Source: Callorhinchus milii (Eukaryota). From it: a DNA stretch of 64,000 bases. Under the pieces are notes generated by a model. It searched no databases. It saw nothing but the letters and a program-made list of their open reading frames with translations, and was not told the origin of the DNA. Below are positions 24,066 to 35,699 of the stretch, piece after piece (the first letter of the stretch is position 1; each line of letters begins with the position of its first letter). The stretch is from assembly GCF_018977255.1 (NCBI RefSeq), contig NW_024704742.1, forward strand, positions 76,634,001 through 76,698,000, given 5' to 3'. The position numbers and the translations under genes were made by a program.

Positions 24066-26808
24066 GTGTCAAAAACATGCTAACGTCGAAAGCATTATTC
24101 TAGCATCTAAATAAACAATATTCAATTCCATTAATTCTTCATAATATTTTGACAAGTATTACTAAATTCCAAATGGGATACTTCTCTGTGTTACAGATCA
24201 GATCAACATAATTGATCAGATAGATAGATCACACTGTGTTATTTGAAAAATTTAATTTAAACATTTCCTAATCCTTACATTTTTAAGGTTAGTATCAGAG
24301 ACTCAATGGTTTTAAGTTGATTACATTTTGTGATTTTAATTCAGATTCCTTTCAAAGTTTTCAAAAATAAATTGTAAAATCATTTGAGGCTAAGGCTTCA
24401 ATTCAGAGGACATCAAATTGATTTGATTCATTTGATTGAAGTCTGTGGATTGCAAATTTTAAGAGGTGCATTCAAGTTCAAGCAAATAGCATCAAAATGC
24501 TATTCATCTAAATGTTGATGTAAAACAACTTGACGTTCCGTAGAACATGTTGTTGAAGAATTGCAATACTTAGTTGAAGATCTGCAGTCTTTCCATGGCA
24601 AACAGGAATGGAAAGAGTTATCCCATGCTACACAGTTAATACACATCTCATTTCTGCTCCCCCCTTAAGCATCAATGAACCTGAAATATAGGCACAAGTT
24701 GCTGTATTATTTATTGAATGTGCCCCTGGACCTATAGCTAATGCAGCAAACTGTCTAGCACAGACAATTTATTGGAAAGAATGAAATTCAATTGACTCAC
24801 TTGACAAAATTGACACTATTGGCAATTCAATCCAAAGACTAAAGTATGCTGAATTGATATCTGTAAGGTTTGATTTATTAAAGTAACATAGCCTTTATCT
24901 GTATCTGTGTGGAGTGAAGGTAAAATAATGTTACATTTAGTTTGTGACAAAATTGCTTTGATTTTAGCAGCAATTGCTAACAAGTGTGCAATAAACATCA
25001 GCGTTGATATGGCTGGGGTGTTATTTCTGGAGCACCTTGAGGAGGTCCTCTTAGGAGTCAGTTTCTTGTGGTGTCCAGGTTTAAGATTCCTGCTTCTCCT
25101 TGTATTGCATTGCATTGGTGGTGAAAGTTTTTCACCATGGGGGTGGGAGGGGGGGGGGGGGGTGAAGCCAGAGGTTGGGTGTGGGGGTGAAGTAGCGACA
25201 AAGACGCAGAGTGATTGCCGGGCTCCACTGACGCGTCCATCCTCACGATCGACGACAAGTATCCTCAAGGTGGAATCGATCGCTGGGGATTCTCACCTGG
25301 CTCAGGTTAAAGTAAAATCATCCCAAACACCAGTGACAGGAACACGAAAAGGGTGGTTTATAAACTGGTTGCATGGCACTTGAACTGCGTCAGGCTGACT
25401 CAGAGATGGGACTGTCTTATCACTGAACCAAGCTCACCATCGACAGAATATTTTTACTTTAGGGGCAATGGCACCAGAATAAATTTTAAGTGGGGGTGCT
25501 GAAACCCCAATCCTAGTGCTGTTGCTCCTCATCCCCCCGATTACCTCCCCCATTTGTCAGAAACTAACGTGATGGTAAATCATTTATCATCACACCAGCT
25601 TCTGACCAGTGGCAGAGGTAATAAGAGCATACTTGTGCCCCTAAAACATTTTAATATTTTACTCGGGGTGAAGGGGGGGGGCATTAGCCAAAGTTCTGCC
25701 GCTAATGTTCCATTGATCTACAATTAGATTCCATCAGATTAATTAGGTGGTTAATACTAGTTTGAAATAGTTTGGGATTGAATGATCTGCGTTATGCTAT
25801 GTTTATGGAAATGGGATGAGTTACATTTATGCCGTTGGATATAATTTGTAGATGAATATAAAGGGAAAACAGAATTCCTGTTGATTGGTGACGTATTTCT
25901 GGTTACCAGAAGAAGCCTCTTCTGTACAAATCCAAATTCTTTTTTAAGCAATCCCATTAAGAAATAAGAATTATATTCCTTGCATTTCATATACATATCA
26001 CATTGTCAAAACGTCTCAAAGTGCTTCACAGGATATATTGTAAAGTGTAATAACTTTGCATTTGTAGGCGAATGCCTATACCTGTAAATACTGCAACTTT
26101 CTTTCTATCTCTTGATCGACTTCAAGATCCTTACACTCGTCAACAAATCCCCTCATACCTGGCACCTCCCTACCTCCCTGACCTGCTTACTGCTCTCTCC
26201 AACCCTCGCCACCTCCGCTCGACTGGCTCTGTCCCTCATCCCCTCTGCGCCACTATGGAGCTCTCTCCCTCAATCCCTCTGCTTTGCCTTCTCCTTCCCT
26301 ATTTTCAGATAACGACAGAAGACCTTTCTATTTGACCGTGCCTACAGTCACCTCCCATTTCTCTACGTCTTGGCATCAGGCTCTGCCACTATTAAGCACT
26401 CTGAAGTAATGGGTGCTATACAATTGCAAGTTGTTGTTATTATCTTTTGTTGAAGGGTCCATATTGAACTGATTTGAATGCTCGCACACTATTTTCGATA
26501 TTGTTGTGCACACGTCGGCTAAGTGTATTTGCCTATCTGTCATACCACTGTACTACATTTTACAGACTATCCTGTGAAATCCTTGGGACATCTCAACATG
26601 TAAGGTGGTATATCAAGTGCAGGAATTATTATTATCAATAAACACATTAAAAAAAAAAGTTTGCTAAGTCCTTTTTTTTCCCAGGACAATGCTTCTTTAA
26701 ATAGCCAGGGTAACAGTCTCCTTCACATCTTGCTTGATGTTAACATCATTACATCCAGTCCCACTCCCCAGATAAAATGCGGCTTGTTGTATTTCTGGGC
26801 ATTATTAC

Positions 26809-27369
26809 CTGAGGTGTAGCCAAAATGACGCTGAGAGTCCAGGCGACCAGGAGCATGGTCCTGTTCCTCTCCTTGGCCCTGGTGATGGCCAACGGGTGCA
26901 GAATGGCACAGTAGCGATCCAGGCTGATCACCGCAGTGATGAAGGCGCCCGAGTACATGGAGAGCAGCTTGAGGAACATGAGGAGTTTGCAGGCCAGGTC
27001 TCCAGCATACCATTGCACGGTGGTGTTCCAGGCAGCGTCCAGGGGCATGACAATAAAAGTGACCAGCAGATCAGAGCAGGACAGGTTCAGGATCAGCATC
27101 CTCAGGTGGGACCGGCTGCCTCCTCCCTTGCTCCTCAGGGCGCTCCACAGCACGGTCAGGTTGAGGTAGGCGGACATGAGGAAGATGGCCAGGGTGATGA
27201 CCACCCTGACCTTGGCGGCTGCGGAGAAAGTGGGCAACAGGAGCTCGTTCTCCCCACCGGGAACACTGCTGTCCTTGGTGCTGAAAGCCCCATCGCGCTC
27301 CGAGCTCCCGTTACACCCGCTGCTGTTGTAGAGGGGGAAATCCCTGCTGAAGAGTAACGTGTGCTTCAT
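26809..27369 (-). CDS. GNRHR2: Type II-class GnRH receptor, coding exon 1 of 3 (exact subtype not determined)
   Basis: 561 nt = 187 codons; LPTFSAAAKVRVVIT...LSCSDLLVTFIVMPLDAAWNTTVQWYAGDLACKLLMFLKLLSMYSGAFITAVISLDRY...LATPQ. Asp2.50 (DLLVTF) is diagnostic of non-mammalian/type II receptors. Donor CAG|GTAATA at 26809/26808. The symbol denotes the class only. Confidence 0.93.
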
Positions 27370-27399
27370 CTGGATTTTGCTGCTCCACTCTCTGCCTTA

Positions 27400-27410
27400 T
27401 CTTTCTCTCT

Positions 27411-27453
<43 letters not shown>

Positions 27454-27466
27454 TGTCTCTCTCTCT
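27400..27466. repeat. (CT)n/(GT)n microsatellite immediately upstream of the type II receptor ATG
   Basis: Direct reading; further (GA)n at about 27783-27804 and (AAT)n at about 28017-28046. Confidence 0.95.
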
Positions 27467-28016
27467 TTCCCAGTGGCTGCACAGTTAGCATCTGGACAGA
27501 TGCCACTCAGGGGCTGGTGGTTCTCGGTTTCTCAGAGAGGCTTCATCCAGATGCCTCCTCCTGCAGTCACACGGCCCCCGGGAGGAGGTGGGTTTGGGCA
27601 CCTGATCTGATCTGCTCTGATCTGCTGTGCTGTGCTGTTCTGGGTGACTCACTTTGGCTGCCTGTGAAGTTGCGTCCACCTCGGGGAAATGGACCGATGC
27701 GCAAGTTACGATACAATTACTCTGCAATGTGCTCCTTGTTTGCGAATCCCCCCCTCCCCGAGACCTTACCGCAGCAGCACTGGGAGAGAGAGAGAGAGAG
27801 AGAGTCACACAGCTGTGCAGTGCAAACACAGCTCTGTGCGGTCCGTCTTTCACACCCAACACCACTACAACGATTGATGCATCACTCACATTGCTTTTCC
27901 TGAAATATTGCTAATAGTGCAGAACTTTGCTAATAAATAAAAATCAAGACACAGAGAGAAGCGAGAGGGACATCTAGTTATCCCTCTTTACTTTTGTCTT
28001 TTTATCCCAGATTGAA

Positions 28017-28047
<31 letters not shown>

Positions 28048-28771
28048 CATCGACACATCTATCTAGTGTCTACTTGGTTTTAATCCGATTTTATGAATGA
28101 AGACAATAAACCGTGGAGTGAATTACCAGCAATGGTGCATATAAATGACACATTGCTCAGAAGGTCTTCTTGTTCGCTTCTGTGCAGTCTGACTGAGTTA
28201 TCCATCATTCACAAACCAAAAACATGGGGCAAATCTCACCCAGAGATTACACTCAACATAATATTTACAGAAGTCGATTTTTTTTTTGATTTATCTTTTT
28301 TTTTTGCCCCGCAATGTGACACCCCGAACATTGTTTTTTTTTGGTGGATCAGAATCTGCAGTGTGGGAATGTTTTGCCTTGTGAATGCCGCAGTGTGCAT
28401 CAAACCTGTCCCAAACCCCCGGTTGGTGAAGGTTTAGTGGGCAGTTGCGTTTTAGGCAAATACGTTCAAAGTGACGCTGATACTATCAGTTAGATTTTTC
28501 ACACCAAAATAAACGCCGATCTTGCAGATCGCCAATGATATTTCAAGCCCACACACTGCACAGTATTCGGGTTGCTGTGTCGACTTGGAAGGTCAGTCGC
28601 TGCCTGAGCCAAACATCTCCTTGGGATGAATACCGAGAATCCGATTTATTGGGAATTAATCCCATTTCGTAGGGGTTGTAGCAATCCTCCAGCACTTCGT
28701 CAGAAAGTGTGTGATTAGAATTAAAACTGGAAGGCGCGGTTAGCAATAAAATGTTTAGCTGCATTGCACAG

Positions 28772-29300
28772 ACAACAACGACAACAACAACAACAAGATT
28801 GCATTTATAGAGCGCCTTTCACGTCGGGAGGGCGTCCCAAGGCGCTGGACGGTTGGGTCAGGACCCGAGCAAAGGGGGGGAAATGGTCAGGGTGAGGGGA
28901 GGGAAGGGAGGGAGCGAGGAGGGGGGAAATGGTCAGGGTGAGGGGAGGGAAGGGAGCGAGGAGGGGGGAAATGGTCAGGGTGAGGGGAGGGAAGGGAGCG
29001 AGGAGGGGGGAAATGGTCAGGGTGAGGGGAGGGAGGGAGCGAGGAGGCGGGGAAATGGTCAGGGTGAGGGGAGGGAAGGGAGCGAGGAGGGGGGAAATGG
29101 TCAAGGTGAGGGGAGGGAAGGGAGCGAGGAGGGGGGAATTGGTCAGGGTGAGGGGACGGGAGGGAGGGAGGGAGCGAGGAGGGGGTAGAGAGTCGAGAGG
29201 GGAGCTGAAGGCACGGTTGAAGAGAAAGGTCTTGAGCCCGGCCTTGAAGGAGGAAAGGGAGGAAGCAAAGCGAAGGCACTGGGGGGTAGAGTTCCAGAGA
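28772..29300 (-). mobile_element. Young L2 3' end whose 3' UTR carries a 42-bp tandem repeat (about 7 copies, 28875-29185)
   Basis: Unit ggggggaaatggtcagggtgaggggagggaagggagcgagga; FKAGLKTFLF ORF2 end; (TTG)n tail. Confidence 0.9.
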
Positions 29301-31288
29301 CACACACTGCTGGGATGAGGAAACAATAAGGGACCTGATTTGCGATTACAAATACAATGAGTTGTATTTTTATCAGCGATCCAGCTATATCTGCACCTCG
29401 AGCCAGCTGGAGAAGGCTGGGTACATTCAGATATGGAAATACAGAATTATGGTGAATACTGTAGTTTCTCTCCCCTCTTCTGTGAAATTGTTGACTTAAC
29501 CTGAGCCCCTGGTCCAGTCCAGTGTGTATGTATATTTAGGATATTTAACCCCAAATCAAACTATCTATTTTTTCCACCTTTCAGATTTATTATTTTCTAG
29601 AAGTCATCCCAAGGGGAATTTGTAAACAGCACAGCTACCCACACAGCCTCCATAGTATTAATCAATACTCAGCATTCACCTACAATTACAGTCACTACAC
29701 TTTACAGTAAATCCTGTGATGCACTTTGAGACATTTCCGGGACTTGATAAGGCGTTATATTAAATGCAAGGATAATTATTAATATTAATGTATCTCATCC
29801 CTGGGGACCCAGTATGACTGGTCTAAACGGCATGATGAACAATAATCCTTCGATTAAAACATGGCTTCAATGCCCAGATTTACCTCTTTGCTGGCTTTTC
29901 TGTGGAACAAGGACTATTCCAGCAGCCGAGAAATGCCCAGTCATCAGATAGTAAATCTTTAGAGTGGATTGGTTTTATCCATCATAAAGCAAATGACAGC
30001 AGAGCCATAATGTAATTGGAGCTTTCATTCAATTACACCACTGCATAAAATTAGTGGTAGGTTCACAGATACATTTCAAGAATTTTATAAAGCAGAAATA
30101 AGACTGACATATTATAATCCTACACAAGACTTAGCTCTGAATTTACAAAGGAGCAAGTATTGCAGTGTGGTGACAAATGCACTTGCTTAACTGTACTTTC
30201 ATAAAAATAAGGTGGAACAGCTACGAGGCAAATTCATCGCACATAATAGTAATAATAAGGTTATTATGACTATCTTTCACCTGCTTAAAACATTCAGACT
30301 TGTGTGGAAATGCATTATAAATTCTGATTTTGGCAATCAATTAATCAATGAATTGCAAGTCTGCTCTAATGGAAAGAAAGAGTAACTTGCATTTTGAAAG
30401 CATCTTGCCAGATTGAAACCTTTCAAAGCACTTTAGAGTAATTACTGTAAAGTGAGTGCAGTGATTGTTTCTGTATGCAACCACAGCAATGTTATCGTGC
30501 ACAGCAATCTTCCACAAACAGCCATAAGGTGAATACTACAATTTACTACTGCAACTTGCATTGATATAGCGTCCTTCACTGGGGGTGGCGTTCCGGAATG
30601 CTTCACAGTGACAGAGACTGACAAGGAGCCAAGGGGAGAGGGAGGGATGGCGGTAATCGTAAGCACAATCAAGAAGAATAACTAATTTATCAAGGAGAAA
30701 CTCCAGATAAAGAAACTCCATTATCTTTTGAATGGTGTCTTGGGATCTTTAACGTTTACTGGAAGAACTGGCAGATAGGAATTTGGTTAACATCTGATCC
30801 AAAAGACAGCAGCTCCAACAATGTAACATTACCCCACTATTATACTACAAGGTCAGCCTTAAGTAGGAGCTCAATTTAAAAATCACCACCACCACAACAA
30901 CAACAACCTGCACTTACTATATACAGCGCCCTTTGTGTGGAAACAAGGGACAAGCAGGAGCCCAGAGCCACCTGAGTAGAGCCAGCTGATAGTGGAATGG
31001 AGTGAAGCAGGTCAGAAAGGTAGGGAGATATCATGGCATGAAGGGATTTGTAGAGGATTGAGAGGATTTTGAAATCGATCATTCTGTGAATGGGAGCTTG
31101 TGGAGCCTGGCGAGGGCTGGTGTGATGGGCATATGGAGCCAAGACCACAGAGAGGGAATTAAGGAGGGGGTGAGAGAAACTGTTACAACCATATATTTAT
31201 ACGTATGAGTTTACATTGTCTTATAGTCGTGGGAACTATATTTAAATAAAAATCTCTCTTACTATGCATAGTGCATAGTAAGAGAGAA

Positions 31289-31588
31289 GTGGAGCTATGT
31301 AGCTCAGTGGTTAGAGCACTCGCTTTGCAAGCGAGAGACCTGGGTTCGATTCCCGGCAGAGCGAAACCTTGGGCAAGTTTCCTTACTCCACACGCCTGAT
31401 AATAATCCCTCAAAAAAAAACGAATAATAAATTGGTCACTTCAATCCACGACTGTTTGTGGGACACTGCTGTGCAGGATATTGCATTTCTCCCACAAATA
31501 TAAAGTCAATTCACTTTACAGACACTTTGAGACGTCTAGATGACATGAAAAGCACTATATCAAATGCAAAGATTATTATTATTATTAC
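31289..31588 (+). mobile_element. tRNA(Ala)-derived SINE with an internal deletion
   Basis: A box TAGCTCAGTGG, anticodon arm ctcgc-tttgcaa-gcgag (TGC), B box GGTTCGATTCC, then SINE body and tgcaaagattattatt tail. Confidence 0.85.
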
Positions 31589-33039
31589 ATAGTTCATTTC
31601 TTAAAAATAAAGAGTGGCTTTCCAAACACATTAGAAACTGCTAATCTGTTTTCAGTACAGTCATGTTAGTCACTGAAACATTGTTCTTGGTTTTGAGTCT
31701 CACAAAGTTTGGACAATTGAATTTAAGAGACTCAAACTTGTTTAGTATCTTTGTTCAGCTTTGCTGCTTTATTTATGACTTGTCTCAGTACATCTGAGAA
31801 GTTCCTTACCGCCTCTGCGAATTCAGCTATAATTAGCTGTACTCTGTGCATCATCAATATTTTCCAGTTTCATAATTACTGTTTTGAGACAGCAATATTT
31901 ATGTGTGTGTCAATTCAAACAATCAAGCAATATATTAATTTTAAAAAATTCATGGCACAATGTTCCTACATAATAATCTAACAGAGGAGCTCTTGAAATA
32001 ATAGGCTTCTTCACCAATCTTATGTCTGTATAAAATTTATTTCAGTCTTTACTTTGTAGGAGTACACAAAGACATTTGTTGATCTCAACTTTATTGATTG
32101 AGTTTTAGTAAGGATCTAGCTTGTACAAGAAAAAAAACTCTGCTAAGTAAAAGTAACAGTTGGAAAAGAATCAACCGATAAAAGCTTTTAAAAAAACACA
32201 CACAACACAAAATACAATTATTTGTAAAATGTAAAATATCATGGTTTTGATCAATTCTAATGTTCAGTGCCACTCAAAGTAAGTTAGAAATTGTGTTAGA
32301 CACAAGTTAAGCCTATGAATATTTACAATCAAATTAATTTCCTTCATTTTGCATAATCGGAGAAATTGTGCAAATATCAAGGAATAATGGAAGCTTTCCA
32401 ATATAGTGATGGATACTAACTTTGTCTGCTGTAACATAAACTATATACGCCAGACGATCTTAGGTTTCAAGAACGGTGGTTATTAATATCCACTTCAGAA
32501 CAGAATTAGACATTAGAAGAATAAGTAGACAAAGGTTATCAAATATTTATAGAACACAATGGCTCCAATATTGTTTGGAAATATCATTGTTAGAACTTAA
32601 CAGATAGGAGATGTATATTATTTCATCCACATCCATTTTGCTCATCCACCAAATATACACAATCACATCACTTCACAGTGTATCCTGTGAAATGCTTTGA
32701 GATGTCTCGAAGACATGATAAGGTGCTACATCAAATGCAGGGATTATTATTATACCAACATGTGATACTCTGAAGGAGAAACCTTTTACCTTGTTTGAAA
32801 ATGAGGAGAAGGATACTGAGAGGGAGAATCAATAGAAGACGATGCTGGCAGACCAGTATCTATTCAGCATCCTGGAGGATAACATTTAACTGCAGTATCC
32901 TGTACGAACCACCTCATTGAATCACAAGGTCATTAGCCTCTGCAAAATATCAATACAAGGGGGTAGGGTATTACCAGTCGCCTTTCCCCTCCCCCACCCA
33001 CCCACCCACCCCCATCCCACAGCAGGAAGATAGCTTCTC

Positions 33040-33505
33040 GAAGCTCTTTGCAGAATATGCTGAAAAGTGAATTGACTGTATATTTTGTGGGCGAAACAGG
33101 GCAGCCAATTGCGTCCCACAAACAGCCATGTTTCGACTCACATCCAAGTTCCTACTTACTGCTAGGTAAACAGAGGTGTGCGGAGTAAGGAAACTTGTCC
33201 AAGGTTTGCCCTCCCAGGAATCGAACCCAAGTCCTCTCGCTTATGAGGCGAGTACTCTAATCAATACACTACAGGAATCCTTTGGGAAATTTGGAGGGAT
33301 GGGAAGGGGAGGGTTTAAAAAAAATAATAAATTGGTCATTTAATCCACGACTGTTTGTGGGACACTGCTGTGCGAAATTGGCTGCTGCATTTCACCCACA
33401 AAAAATATACAGTCAATTTACTTAACAGTATATTCTGTGAAGCGCTTTGAGATGTCTTGAAGATGTGATAAGGTGCTATACCAAATGCAAGGATTATTAT
33501 TAATA
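33040..33505. mobile_element. Two SINE copies in opposite orientation (- at 33040-33280, + at 33325-33505)
   Basis: Family-diagnostic body and tail sequences on opposite strands. Confidence 0.75.
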
Positions 33506-35699
33506 ACGTAATGTCATTCAGACACCAGAAGGTCTATTTTTAAGACCACAGCATCTTGACATTCAAAATGCCTGCTTCCACTAATAGGTCTCAAAGCAGA
33601 AAGTTGTCAATATTGTTTTGGCATTAGGATACATTGTGCAACCGTTACAAGAGGTAGAGGTGTGGAATCAAGACCACCATACTCCTACAATTCCTGGAAA
33701 TAGTGACAACGCGGCAAAGGATTTGGAGAAGATTTGCGATCGTCCATTAGAAGAGGATGCATCAGCTTTGACCAATAGAGTGCTGGCAAAGAGGAGCAGG
33801 TCCTGACAAAGTCAGCATCACCCCAACAACCTATTGCTTACTGCAGTCAAACAGAGGCATGGAATTAATCTCCAGAGGATCTCTAGCTTCAAGATAACAC
33901 TGAGATGAATGAGTGAGAGGATGAAAGTAAATCATTCAACACTGGTTTTATGCCTGGTTTTCCTTTTGATCTACTATTATCACCCATTCAGTAAGATCTT
34001 CTCCTGGTGCCTAATGCATAATAATAATAATAATAATAATAATAATCCTTGCATTTGATATAGTACCTTATCAAGTTTGTATTTTGTTAGATGAGGTTTG
34101 AAGAGTTCAGTTCAAACAATATATATCCCTAATCAAAATTGTGACGCATACTTTGATGAATATACTCAAACTTACATTAGATCTCATTTCATCTGGCAAA
34201 AGCCATTAAAGCTTCTGTCAGCTGCAAAGAGGAGGCGGCAGCTTAGAAAAATGTAAGCTGTTACCACACCAACGGCACCTGATAATGAAAAAATAACAAG
34301 TGAGATTTGAGCCTGCCAATATCTGTCACAACAAAGATGTTTGAAGGATGTGCAAAAGTGCTGCCACTGAATGGTCATGTCTATTAAGATCAGAATTATT
34401 GTTATTAATATTTCTGTAGCTCTCCAAAGAATCCCCCATAGATGCACATTCACAGGCAATATACTACTTCTAATAATTCAAATCATTCAATTTGCACACA
34501 AAACCTACGTAGCTTCATGACCACTGACATTTAAACGTAGAGAAGAAATCAGAATTGTTTTAATTAGCAGGACATTTTACATCTACCTCGTGCTAGGTGA
34601 CATTTATGGTCACCACACTCTGTCAAAGGGTTCAGTTTGAAATTAAGCCCTTTTTTTTCCATTAAGAAAATAAGCAGGCAGGCTTGGACGAAGAACTATC
34701 AAGGCTCGCAGACTTAAATTTCACTCATGGTGATAATATATTGCCAATAGGGTCAATCTACCAGAAATAGGACAGATGGAAAAATATCAAAGACAAAAAC
34801 TTTCACTTCTTTAGTGCTTTTCATATAAAATAACTTAAAGCGATTTATAGAGACAGAGTGGAAACTTGAACAAGATCTGAAATGGATGGGGGGGAAGGGG
34901 TGTGGGAGGGAGATGGCTGAAGGTGAAATTGGAAAGGTAGATTTGTGATGGCTTTTGAAAGCAGTGAGAGAAGAGGAGGGATGGAGTTTCAATTAACAGG
35001 AATATAGTGGTCAAAAGCATGGAATAAAAGAATCAATCAGCTGCTTCAACAGATCTTATATCTTATGAATTTACTCCACAAATTCAGTTACTTGAACAAG
35101 TGTTCATTGTTACTCCAACAAAATACACGTATATTTTCTGTAACACAATGAGATGTCTCAATGATGTGATAAGGCTTAATCAAATGCAAGGAATATTGTT
35201 ATTATCATTATAATCTCCAAAGCAGAACTCCAGAATATTTATCTATCTTTGTATCCCCAATATTTAACATTTGCTGCTACCCTTCACAGACTAATATATA
35301 AAAATTCTTGCATTTGATATCGTGCCTCATCATTTTGTAGAGACTTATCAAAGCGCTTCACAGTATATACTGTAAAGTGATGTAACTGTGTGCATTTTGT
35401 TGGTGAATACAGCAGCCAATTTGCACACAGCAATATCCCACAAACAGCCATAGAGCAGGTGACTAATTTTATTTGGGGGACTATTGGCCAGGATACAGGG
35501 AGAAACTCCCTTCTTTTTTCCAGCAGTGCCATGGACAGACAGATGGGACCTCGGTTTAACGTCTCATTCGAAGGATGGCACTTCCAACAATGCAGCACAC
35601 CCACTGCACTGCGTGGGAGTGACAGAATAAGTAATATGGGTTCCACTTAATTATGGATCCGGTAGCCTTGACTTATTCTGCAAGAAAAGCATTAAAGAA

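Noticed and set aside
24816..25383. 150-158 aa overlapping ORFs and a mildly CpG-rich patch in type II intron 1
   Set aside because: No recognisable domain, non-ATG starts and no clear splice signals.
31289..31362. tRNA-Ala(TGC) gene
   Set aside because: A/B boxes and the anticodon arm are present, but there is no proper acceptor stem and the sequence continues into a SINE body found many times in the window.
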